From NCBI GenBank assembly GCA_002189035.1, contig NEEC01000154.1:1-63887 (forward strand): 63,887 nt of DNA, in the 5' to 3' direction. A model generated the notes under the pieces. It was given only the letters and a program-made list of their open reading frames with translations, did no database searches and was not told where the DNA came from. This DNA comes from Utricularia gibba. Taxonomy: Eukaryota > Plantae > Magnoliophyta. The position numbers and the translations under genes were made by a program. Shown one piece after another: positions 28,265 through 40,600 of the stretch. The stretch's first letter is position 1; every line of letters starts with the position of its first letter.

Positions 28265-28609
28265 AATGAGCTTCGAAACGGTGTGTCGTGTGAAACGTGG
28301 CTCATCACGGTTTTCAAGATATCGATAAAATACGGAATGGTGCACGAGGCCTCATCAGGTGTGGGTTGGAACACAACCGTGGCATTGTAAGGGATCGCCT
28401 CAAAAACAAAAATTTCACACCTTCCAATGAAATGCATATGTTTTGCAAGCGAGAAATCACATTTGCGTCGAATTGGAAGCCCCGAGTCGCATCATCGCGA
28501 ACGTCGTGGCCACTTTGTGGCACAATTGAAGGCTAATATAAGGCAATAATTCGAGCTCTGATACATCGTCGGACGACGAAGCTTCAAAAACGGAAGATGA
28601 CCGCTCTGG
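28265..28609 (+). repeat. Representative subtype B monomer (345 bp)
   Basis: Diagnostic alleles: GTGAAACGTGG, GATATCGAT, GGGATCGCCTCAAAAAC, ATGCATATGTTTTGCAAGCGAGAAATCACATTTG, AATTGGAAGCCCCGAGT, tail GATACATCGTCGGACGACGAAG. Many B copies also carry CGCGTACG and TTCGATCTC. Confidence 0.9.
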
Positions 28610-31600
28610 AATGAGCTTCGAAACGGTGTGTCGTGTGCAACAAGGCTCATCACGGTTTTCAAGATATTTACAAAATACGGAATGGTGCACGAGGCCTGCA
28701 TCAGGTGTGGGTTGGAACACACTCGTGGCATTGTAAGGGTTCGCCTCTAAAACAAAAATTTCATACCTTCCAATGAAATCCATATGTCTTGAAGCGAGAA
28801 AACCCATTCGCGTCGAATCGGAAGTCCGAGGTCGCATCATCGCGAACGTCGTGGCCACTTTGTGGCACAATTGAAGGCTAATATAAGGCAATAATTCGAG
28901 CTCTGATATATTGTCGAACGACAAAGCTTAAAACGGAAGATGACCGCCTCGGAATGAGCTTCGAAACGGTGTGTCGTGTGAAACGTGGCTCATCACGGTT
29001 TTCAAGATATCGATAAAATACGGAATGGTGCACGAGGCCTGCATCAGGTGTGGGTTGGAACACAACCGTGGCATTGTAAGGGATCGCCTCAAAAACAAAA
29101 ATTTCACACCTTCCAATGAAATGCATATGTTTTGCAAGCGAGAAATCACATTTGCGTCGAATTGGAAGCCCCGAGTCGCATCATCGCGAACGTCGTGGCC
29201 ACTTTGTGGCACAATTGAAGGGTAATATAAGGCAATAATTCGAGCTCTGATACATCGTCGGACGACGAAGCTTCAAAAACGGAAGATGACCGCTCTGGAA
29301 TGAGCTTCGAAACGGTGTGTCGTGTGCAACAAGGCTCATCACGGTTTTCAAGATATTTACAAAATACGGAATGGTGCACGAGGCCTGCATCAGGTGTGGG
29401 TTGGAACACAACCGTGGCATTGTAAGGGTTCGCCTCTAAAACAAAAATTTCATACCTTCCAATGAAATCCATATGTCTTGAATGCGAGAAAACCCATTCG
29501 CGTCGAATCGGAAGTCCGAGGTCGCATCATCGCGAACGTCGTGGCCACTTTGTGGCACAATTGAAGGCTAATATAAGGCAATAATTCGAGCTCTGATATA
29601 TCGTCGAACGACAAGCTTCAAAACGGAAGATGACCGCCTCGGAATGAGCTTCGAAACGGTGTGTCGTGCAACGTGGCTCATCACGGTTTTCAATATCGAT
29701 AAAATACGGAATGGTGCACGAGGCCTTCATCAGGTGTGGGTTGGAACACAACCGTGGCATTGTAAGGGATTCAAAAACAAAAATTTCACACCTTCCAATG
29801 AAATGCATATTTGCAAGCGAGAAATCCATTTGCGTCGAATTGGAAGCCCGAGTCGCATCATCGCGTACGTCGTGGCCACTTTGTGGCACAATTGAAGGCT
29901 AATATAAGGCAATAATTCGATTCTGATACATCGTCGACGACGAAGCTTCAAAAACGGAAGATGACCGCCTGGAATGAGCTTCGAAACGGTGTGTCGTGTG
30001 CAACGGCTCATCACGGTTTCAAGATATCGAAAAATACGGAATGGTGCACGAGGCCTTCATCAGGTGTGGGTTGGAACACACCGTGGCATTGTAAGGGATC
30101 GCCTCAAAACAAAAATTTCACACCTTCCAATGAAATGCATATGTTTTGAAAGCGAAAATCCATTCGCGTCGAATCGGAAGTCCGAGGTCGCATCATCGCG
30201 AACGTCGTGGCCACTTTTGGCACAATTGAAGGGTAATATAAGGCAATAATTCGAGCTCTGATATATTGTCGGACAAAGCTTCCAAAACGGAAGATGACCG
30301 CCCGGAATGAGCTTTTAAACGGTGTGTCGTGCGCAACGTGGCTCATCACGGTTTCAAGATATCGATAAAATACGGAATGGTGCACGACTTCAGGTGTGGG
30401 TTGGAACACAACCCATTGTAAGGGATCGCCTCAAAACAAAAATTTCACACCTTCCAATGAAATGCATATTTTGCAAGCGAGAAATCCATTTGCGTCGAAT
30501 GGAAGCCCGAGTCGCATCATCGCGACGTCGTGGCCACTTTGTGGCACAATTGAAGGCTAATATAAGGCAATAATTCGATCTCTGATACATCGTCGGACGA
30601 CGAAGCTTCAAAAACGGAAGATGACCGCTCTGGAATGAGCTTCGAAACGGTGTGTCGTGTGCAACAAGGCTCATCACGGTTTTCAAGATATTTACAAAAT
30701 ACGGAATGGTGCACGAGGCCTGCATCAGGTGTGGGTTGGAACACACCGTGGCATTGTAAGGGTTGCCTCAAAACAAAAATTTCATACCTTCCAATGAAAT
30801 CCATATGTTTGAAGCGAGAAAACCATTCGCGTCGAATCGGAAGTCCGAGGTCGCATCATCGCGAACGTCGTGGCCACTTTGTGGCACAATTGAAGGCTAA
30901 TATAAGGCAATAATTCGAGCTCTGATACATGTCGAACGACAAAGCTTCAAAACGGAAGATGACCGCTCGGAATGAGCTTCGAACGGTGTGTCGTGCAACG
31001 TGGCTCATCACGGTTTTCAAGATATCGAAAAATACGGAATGGTGCACGAGGCCTTCATCAGGTGTGGGTTGGAACACAACCGTGGCATTGTAAGGGATCG
31101 CCTCAAAACAAAATTTCACACCTTCCAATGAAATGCATATCTTTGCAAGCGAGAAATCACATTTGCGTCGAATTGGAAGCCCGAGTCGCATCATCGCGTA
31201 CGTCGTGGCCACTTTGTGGCACAATTGAAGGCTAATATAAGGCAATAATTCGATCTCTGATACATCGTCGGACGACGAAGCTTCAAAACGGAAGATGACC
31301 GCTCTGGAATGAGCTTCGAAACGGTGTGTCGTGTGCAACAAGGCTCATCACGGTTTCAAGATATTAAAATACGGAATGGTGCACGAGGCCTGCATCAGGT
31401 GTGGGTTGGAACACACCGTGGCATTGTAAGGGTTGCCTCTAAACAAAAATTTCATACCTTCCAATGAAATCCATATGTCTTGAATGCGAGAAAACCCATT
31501 CGCGTCGAATCGGAAGTCCGAGGTCGCATCATCGCGAACGTCGTGGCCACTTTGTGGCACAATTGAAGGCTAATATAAGGCAATAATTCGAGCTCTGATA

Positions 31601-34600
31601 TATGTCGAACGACAAAGCTTCAAAACGGAAGATGACCGCCTCGGAATGAGCTTCAAACGGTGTGTCGTGTAAACGTGGCTCATCACGGTTTTCAAGATAT
31701 CGAAAAATACGGAATGGTGCACGAGGCCTTCATCAGGTGTGGGTTGGAACACAACCGTGCATTGTAAGGGATCGCCTCAAAAACAAAAATTTCACACCTT
31801 CCAATGAAATGCATATTTTGCAAGCGAGAAATCACATTTGCGTCGAATTGGAAGCCCGAGTCGCATCATCGCGAACGTCGTGGCCATTTGTGGCACAATT
31901 GAAGGCTAATATAAGGAAATATTCGAGCTCTGATATTGTCGGACGACGAAGCTTCAAAACGGAAGATGACGCCTGGAATGAGCTTCGAAACGGTGTGTCG
32001 TCGTGGCTCATCACGGTTTCAAGATATCAAAATACGGAATGGTGCACGAGGCCTTCATCAGGTGTGGGTTGGAAACAACCGTGGCATTGTAAGGGATCGC
32101 CTCAAAAACGAAAAATTTCACACCTTCCAATGAAATCCATGTTTTTGAAGCGAGAAATCCCATTGCGTCGAATCGGAAGTCCGAGGTCGCATCGCGAACG
32201 TCGTGGCCACTTTTTGGCACAATTGAAGGGTAAATAAGGCAATAATTCGAGCTCTGATATATTGTCGGACGAAGCTTCAAAACGGAAGATGACGCCGAAT
32301 GAGCTTCGAAACGTGTGTCGTTACGTGGCTCATCACGGTTTCAAGATATCGAAAAATACGGAATGGTGCACGAGGCCTGCATCAGGTGTGGGTTGGAACA
32401 CAACCGTGGCATTGTAAGGGATCGCCTCAAAAACAAAAATTTCACACCTTCCAATGAAATGCATATGCAAGCGAGAAATCACATTTGCGTCGAATTGGAA
32501 GCCCGAGTCGCATCATCGCGACGTCGTGGCCACTTTGTGGCACAATTGAAGGCTAATATAAGGCAATAATTCGATCTCTGATACATCGTCGGACGACGAA
32601 GCTTCAAAAACGGAAGATGACCGCTCTGGAATGAGCTTCGAAACGGTGTGTCGTGTGCAACGGCTCATCACGGTTTTCAAGATATTTGCAAAATACGGAA
32701 TGGTGCACGAGGCCTGCATCAGGTGTGGGTTGGAACACAACCGTGGCATTGTAAGGGTTCGCCTCTAAAACAAAAATTTCACACCTTCCAATGAAATCCA
32801 TATGTTTGAATGCGAGAAAACCCATTCGCGTCGAATCGGAAGTCCGAGGTCGCATCATCGCGAACGTCGTGGCCACTTTGTGGCACAATTGAAGGGTAAT
32901 ATAAGGCAATAATTCGAGCTCTGATACATCGTCGACGACGAAGCTTCAAAAACGGAAGATGACCGCCTGGAATGAGCTTCGAAACGGTGTGTCGTGTGCA
33001 ACGTGGCTCATCACGGTTTTCAAGATATTTAAAATACGGAATGGTGCACGAGGCCTGCATCAGGTGTGGGTTGGAACACACCGTGGCATTGTAAGGGATC
33101 GCCTCTAAAACAAAATTTCACACCTTCCAATGAAATCCATATGTCTTGAATGCGAGAAAACCCATTCGCGTCGAATCGGAAGTCCGAGTCGCATCATCGC
33201 GAACGTCGTGGCCACTTTGTGGCACAATTGAAGGGTAATATAAGGCAATAATTCGAGCTCTGAACATCGTCGGACGACGAAGCTTCAAAACGGAAGATGA
33301 CCGCCTCGAATGAGCTTCGAAACGGTGTGTCGTGCGCAACGTGGCTCATCACGGTTTCAAGATATCGAGAAAATACGGAATGGTGCACGAGGCCTTCATC
33401 AGGTGTGGGTTGGAACACAACCGTGGCATTGTAAGGGATCGCCTCAAAAACGAAAAATTTCACACCTTCCAATGAAATGCATATGTTTTGAAAGCGAGAA
33501 ATCACATTTGCGTCGAATTGGAAGCCCCGAGTCGCATCATCGCGACGTCGTGGCCACTTTGTGGCACAATTGAAGGCTAATATAAGGCAATAATTCGAGC
33601 TCTGATACATCGTCGGACGACGAAGCTTCAAAAACGGAAGATGACCGCCTGGAATGAGCTTCGAAACGGTGTGTCGTGTGCAACAAGGCTCATCACGGTT
33701 TTCAAGATATTTACAAAATACGGAATGGTGCACGAGGCCTGCATCAGGTGTGGGTTGGAACACACCGTGGCATTGTAAGGGTTCGCCTCTAAAACAAAAA
33801 TTTCATACCTTCCAATGAAATCCATATGTTTGAAGCGAGAAAACCCATTCGCGTCGAATCGGAAGTCCGAGGTCGCATCATCGCGAACGTCGTGGCCACT
33901 TTGTGGCACAATTGAAGGCTAATATAAGGCAATAATTCGAGCTCTGATACATCGTCGGACGACAAAGCTTCAAAACGGAAGATGACCGCTCGGAATGAGC
34001 TTCGAAACGGTGTGTCGTGTGAAACGTGGCTCATCACGGTTTTCAAGATATCGATAAAATACGGAATGGTGCACGAGGCCTGCATCAGGTGTGGGTTGGA
34101 ACACAACCGTGGCATTGTAAGGGATCGCCTCAAAAACAAAAATTTCACACCTTCCAATGAAATGCATATGTTTTGAAGCGAGAAATCCATTTGCGTCGAA
34201 TCGGAAGCCCGAGTCGCATCATCGCGAACGTCGTGGCCACTTTGTGGCACAATTGAAGGCTAATATAAGGCAATAATTCGAGCTCTGATATATTGTCGGA
34301 CGACGAAGCTTCAAAACGGAAGATGACCGCCCTGGAATGAGCTTCGAAACGGTGTGTCGTGCAACGTGGCTCATCACGGTTTTCAAGATATCAAAAATAC
34401 GGAATGGTGCACGAGGCCTGCATCAGGTGTGGGTTGGAACACACCGTGGCATTGTAAGGGATCGCCTCAAAAACAAAAATTTCACACCTTCCAATGAAAT
34501 CATATGTTTTGAAGCGAGAAATCCATTTGCGTCGAATTGGAAGCCGAGTCGCATCATCGCGAACGTCGTGGCCACTTTGTGGCACAATTGAAGGTAATAT

Positions 34601-37600
34601 AAGGCAATAATTCGAGCTCTGATACATCGTCGGACGACGAAGCTTCAAAAACGGAAGATGACCGCCTGGAATGAGCTTCGAAACGGTGTGTCGTGTGCAA
34701 CAAGGCTCATCACGGTTTTCAAGATATTACAAAATACGGAATGGTGCACGAGGCCTGCATCAGGTGTGGGTTGGAACACACCGTGGCATTGTAAGGGCGC
34801 CTCTAAAACAAAAATTTCACACCTTCCAATGAAATCCATATGTTTGAATGCGAGAAAACCATTCGCGTCGAATCGGAAGTCCGAGTCGCATCATCGCGAA
34901 CGTCGTGGCCACTTTGTGGCACAATTGAAGGCTAATATAAGGCAATAATTCGAGCTCTGATATATTGTCGAACGACAAAGCTTCAAAACGGAAGATGACC
35001 GCCTGGAATGAGCTTCGAAACGGTGTGTCGTGTGAAACGTGGCTCATCACGGTTTTCAAGATATCGATAAAATACGGAATGGTGCACGAGGCCTGCATCA
35101 GGTGTGGGTTGGAACACAACCGTGGCATTGTAAGGGATCGCCTCAAAAACAAAAATTTCACACCTTCCAATGAAATGCATATTTTTGCAAGCGAGAAATC
35201 ACATTTGCGTCGAATTGGAAGCCGAGTCGCATCATCGCGTACGTCGTGGCCACTTTGTGGCACAATTGAAGGCTAATATAAGGCAATAATTCGATCTCTG
35301 ATACATCGTCGGACGACGAAGCTTCAAAAAGGAAGATGACCGCTCTGGAATGAGCTTCGAAACGGTGTGTCGTGTGCAACAAGGCTCATCACGGTTTTCA
35401 AGATATTTACAAAATACGGAATGGTGCACGAGGCCTGCATCAGGTGTGGGTTGGAACACACCGTGGCATTGTAAGGGATCGCCTCTAAAACGAAAATTTC
35501 ACACCTTCCAATGAAATGCATATGTTTGAAAGCGAGAAATCCATTCGCGTCGAATCGGAAGTCCGAGGTCGCATCATCGCGAACGTCGTGGCCACTTTGT
35601 GGCACAATTGAAGGGTAATATAAGGCAATAATTCGAGCTCTGATATATTGTCGACGACGAAGCTTCAAAACGGAAGATGACCGCCTGGAATGAGCTTCGA
35701 AACGGTGTGTCGTGTGCAACGTGGCTCATCACGGTTTTCAAGATATCGATAAAATACGGAATGGTGCACGAGGCCTCATCAGGTGTGGGTTGGAACAACC
35801 GTGGCATTGTAAGGGATCGCCTCAAAACAAAATTTCACACCTTCCAATGAAATGCATGTTTTTGCAAGCGAGAAATCACATTTGCGTCGAATCGGAAGCC
35901 CCGAGTCGCATCATCGCGAACGTCGTGGCCACTTTGTGGCACAATTGAAGGGTAATATAAGGCAATAATTCGAGCTCTGATACATCGTCGGACGACGAAG
36001 CTTCAAAACGGAAGATGACCGCTCTGGAATGAGCTTCGAAACGGTGTGTCGTGTGCAACAAGGCTCATCACGGTTTTCAAGATATTTACAAAATACGGAA
36101 TGGTGCACGAGGCCTGCATCAGGTGTGGGTTGGAACACAACCGTGGCATTGTAAGGGTTCGCCTCTAAAACAAAAATTTCATACCTTCCAATGAAATCCA
36201 TATGTCTTGAATGCGAGAAAACCCATTCGCGTCGAATCGGAAGTCCGAGGTCGCATCATCGCGAACGTCGTGGCCACTTTGTGGCACAATTGAAGGCTAA
36301 TATAAGGCAATAATTCGAGCTCTGATACATCGTCGAACGACAAGCTTCAAAACGGAAGATGACCGCCTCGGAATGAGCTTCGAAACGGTGTGTCGTGCAA
36401 ACGTGGCTCATCACGGTTTTCAAGATATCGATAAAATACGGAATGGTGCACGAGGCCTTCATCAGGTGTGGGTTGGAACACAACCGTGGCATTGTAAGGG
36501 ATCGCCTCAAAACAAAAATTTCACACCTTCCAATGAAATGCATATCTTTTGCAAGCGAGAAATCACATTTGCGTCGAATTGGAAGCCCCGAGTCGCATCA
36601 TCGCGAACGTCGTGGCCACTTTGTGGCACAATTGAAGGCTAATATAAGGCAATAATTCGATCTCTGATACATCGTCGGACGACGAAGCTTCAAAAACGGA
36701 AGATGACCGCTCTGGAATGAGCTTCGAAACGGTGTGTCGTTGCAACAAGGCTCATCACGGTTTCAAGATATCGAAAAACGGAATGGTGCACGAGGCCTCA
36801 TCAGGTGTGGGTTGGAACACAACCGTGGCATTGTAAGGGATCGCCTCAAAAACAAAAATTTCACACCTTCCAATGAAATGCATATGTTTTGAAAGCGAGA
36901 AATCCATTCGCGTCGAATCGGAAGTCCGAGGTCGCATCATCGCGAACGTCGTGGCCACTTTGGCACAATTGAAGGTAATATAAGGCAATAATTCGAGCTC
37001 TGATATATTGTCGGACACGAAGCTTCAAAACGGAAGATGACCGCCTGGAATGAGCTTCGAAACGGTGTCGTGCAACGTGGCTCATCACGGTTTTCAAGAT
37101 ATCGATAAAATACGGAATGGTGCACGAGGCCTGCATCAGGTGTGGGTTGGAACACAACCGTGCATTGTAAGGGATCGCCTCAAAAACAAAAATTTCACAC
37201 CTTCCAATGAAATGCATATTTTGCAAGCGAGAAATCACATTTGCGTCGAATTGGAAGCCCGAGTCGCATCATCGCGAACGTCGTGGCCACTTTGTGGCAC
37301 AATTGAAGGCTAATATAAGGCAATAATTCGATCTCTGATACATCGTCGGACGACGAAGCTTCAAAAACGGAAGATGACCGCCTGGAATGAGCTTCGAAAC
37401 GGTGTGTCGTGTGCAACAAGGCTCATCACGGTTTTCAAGATATTTACAAAATACGGAATGGTGCACGAGGCCTGCATCAGGTGTGGGTTGGAACACACCG
37501 TGGCATTGTAAGGGTTCGCCTCTAAAACAAAAATTTCATACCTTCCAATGAAATCCATATGTCTTGAATGCGAGAAAACCATTCGCGTCGAATCGGAAGT

Positions 37601-40600
37601 CCGAGGTCGCATCATCGCGAACGTCGTGGCCACTTTGTGGCACAATTGAAGGCTAATATAAGGCAATAATTCGAGCTCTGATATATGTCGACGACAAAGC
37701 TTCAAAACGGAAGATGACCGCCTCGGAATGAGCTTCGAAACGGTGTGTCGTGCAACGTGGCTCATCACGGTTTTCAAGATATCGATAAAATACGGAATGG
37801 TGCACGAGGCCTGCATCAGGTGTGGGTTGGAACACAACCGTGGCATTGTAAGGGATCGCCTCAAAAACAAAAATTTCACACCTTCCAATGAAATGCATAT
37901 CTTTTGCAAGCGAGAAATCACATTTGCGTCGAATTGGAAGAGTCGCATCATCGCGAACGTCGTGGCCACTTTGTGGCACAATTGAAGGCTAATATAAGGC
38001 AATAATTCGATCTCTGATACATCGTCGGACGACGAAGCTTCAAAAACGGAAGATGACCGCTCTGGAATGAGCTTCGAAACGGTGTGTCGTGTGCAACAAG
38101 GCTCATCACGGTTTTCAAGATATTTACAAAATACGGAATGGTGCACGAGGCCTGCATCAGGTGTGGGTTGGAACACACGTGGCATTGTAAGGGTTCGCCT
38201 CTAAAACAAAAATTTCATACCTTCCAATGAAATCCATATGTTTGAATGCGAGAAACCCATTCGCGTCGAATCGGAAGTCCGAGGTCGCATCATCGCGAAC
38301 GTCGTGGCCACTTTGTGGCACAATTGAAGGCTAATATAAGGCAATAATTCGAGCTCTGATATATTGTCGAACGAAAAGCTTCAAAACGGAAGATGACGCC
38401 TGGAATGAGCTTCGAAACGGTGTGTCGTGTGCAACGTGGCTCATCACGGTTTTCAAGATATCGAAAATACGGAATGGTGCACGAGGCCTGCATCAGGTGT
38501 GGGTTGGAACACAACCGTGGCATTGTAAGGGATCGCCTCAAAACGAAAATTTCACACCTTCCAATGAAATGCATATTTTGCAAGCGAGAAATCACATTTG
38601 CGTCGAATTGGAAGCCCCGAGTCGCATCATCGCGAACGTCGTGGCCACTTTGTGGCACAATTGAAGGTAATATAAGGCAATAATTCGAGCTCTGATATAT
38701 TGTCGGACGACGAAGCTTCAAAACGGAAGATGACCGCCTGGAATGAGCTTCGAAACGGTGTGTCGTGCGCAACGTGGCTCATCACGGTTTCAAGATATCG
38801 AAAAATACGGAATGGTGCACGAGGCCTGCATCAGGTGTGGGTTGGAACACAACCGTGGCATTGTAAGGGATCGCCTCAAAAACGAAAAATTTCACACCTT
38901 CCAATGAAATCCATATGTTTTGAAGCGAGAAATCCATTCGCGTCGAATCGGAAGTCCGAGGTCGCATCATCGCGAACGTCGTGGCCACTTTTGGCACAAT
39001 TGAAGGGTAATATAAGGCAATAATTCGAGCTCTGATATATTGTCGGACGAAAGCTTCAAAACGGAAGATGACCGCCTGAATGAGCTTCGAAACGGTGTGT
39101 CGTGCGCAACGTGGCTCATCACGGTTTTCAAGATATCGATAAAATACGGAATGGTGCACGAGGCCTGCATCAGGTGTGGGTTGGAACACAACCGTGCATT
39201 GTAAGGGATCGCCTCAAAAAAAAATTTCACACCTTCCAATGAAATGCATATTTTGCAAGCGAGAAATCACATTTGCGTCGAATTGGAAGCCCCGAGTCGC
39301 ATCATCGCGAACGTCGTGGCCACTTTGTGGCACAATTGAAGGCTAATATAAGGCAATAATTCGAGCTCTGATACATCGTCGGACGACGAAGCTTCAAAAA
39401 CGGAAGATGACCGCCTGGAATGAGCTTCGAAACGGTGTGTCGTGTGCAACGGCTCATCACGGTTTTCAAGATATCAAAATACGGAATGGTGCACGAGGCC
39501 TGCATCAGGTGTGGGTTGGAACACAACCGTGGCATTGTAAGGATCGCCTCTAAAACAAAATTTCACACCTTCCAATGAAATCCATATGTTTGAAGCGAGA
39601 AATCCCATTCGCGTCGAATCGGAAGTCCGAGGTCGCATCATCGCGAACGTCGTGGCCACTTTGTGGCACAATTGAAGGGTAATATAAGGCAATAATTCGA
39701 GCTCTGATATATTGTCGACGACGAAGCTTCAAAACGGAAGATGACCGCCTGGAATGAGCTTCGAAACGGTGTGTCGTGTGCAACGGCTCATCACGGTTTT
39801 CAAGATATCGAAAAATACGGAATGGTGCACGAGGCCTGCATCAGGTGTGGGTTGGAACACAACCGTGGCATTGTAAGGGATCGCCTCTAAAACAAAAATT
39901 TCACCTTCCAATGAAATCCATATGTTTGAAGCGAGAAACCCATTCGCGTCGAATCGGAAGTCCGAGTCGCATCATCGCGAACGTCGTGGCCACTTTGTGG
40001 CACAATTGAAGGTAATATAAGGCAATAATTCGAGCTCTGATACATGTCGACGACGAAGCTTCAAAACGGAAGATGACCGCCTCGGAATGAGCTTCGAAAC
40101 GGTGTGTCGTGCGCAACGTGGCTCATCACGGTTTCAAGATATCGAAAAATACGGAATGGTGCACGAGGCCTCATCAGGTGTGGGTTGGAACACAACCGTG
40201 GCATTGTAAGGGATCGCCTCAAAAACAAAAATTTCACACCTTCCAATGAAATGCATATGTTTTGCAAGCGAGAAATCACATTGCGTCGAATTGGAAGCCC
40301 CGGTCGCATCATCGCGACGTCGTGGCCACTTTGTGGCACAATTGAAGGCTAATATAAGGCAATAATTCGAGCTCTGATACATCGTCGGACGACGAAGCTT
40401 CAAAAACGGAAGATGACCGCTCTGGAATGAGCTTCGAAACGGTGTGTCGTGTGCAACAAGGCTCATCACGGTTTTCAAGATATACAAAATACGGAATGGT
40501 GCACGAGGCCTGCATCAGGTGTGGGTTGGAACACACCGTGGCATTGTAAGGGTTCGCCTCTAAAACAAAAATTTCACACCTTCCAATGAAATCCATATTT

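Larger units (their letters stand above)
27921..29642 (+). repeat. A-B dimer higher-order repeat, 689-bp period (cleanest stretch)
   Basis: AATGAGCTTCG of A monomers starts at 27921, 28610 and 29299 (689 and 689 bp apart); B monomers start at 28265, 28953 and 29643. Alternate monomers are near-identical, while adjacent ones differ at more than 10 sites. Confidence 0.9.

Noticed and set aside
28375-28400. Telomere-like GTAAGGG or G-quadruplex potential (GGTGTGGGTTGG)
   Set aside because: It is a single degenerate occurrence per monomer, not tandem telomeric repeats, and lacks four G3 tracts.
28807-28824. CENP-B-box-like motif TTCGCGTCGAATCGGAA
   Set aside because: It matches TTCG-N4-A-N2-CGGG only by adding a gap and a mismatch (6 of 9 core positions ungapped), which is expected by chance in CpG-rich DNA.
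28868-28900. TATA-like TAATATAAGG and CAAT-like motifs as a promoter
   Set aside because: Short AT-rich matches are expected by chance, and there is no downstream gene or transcription evidence.
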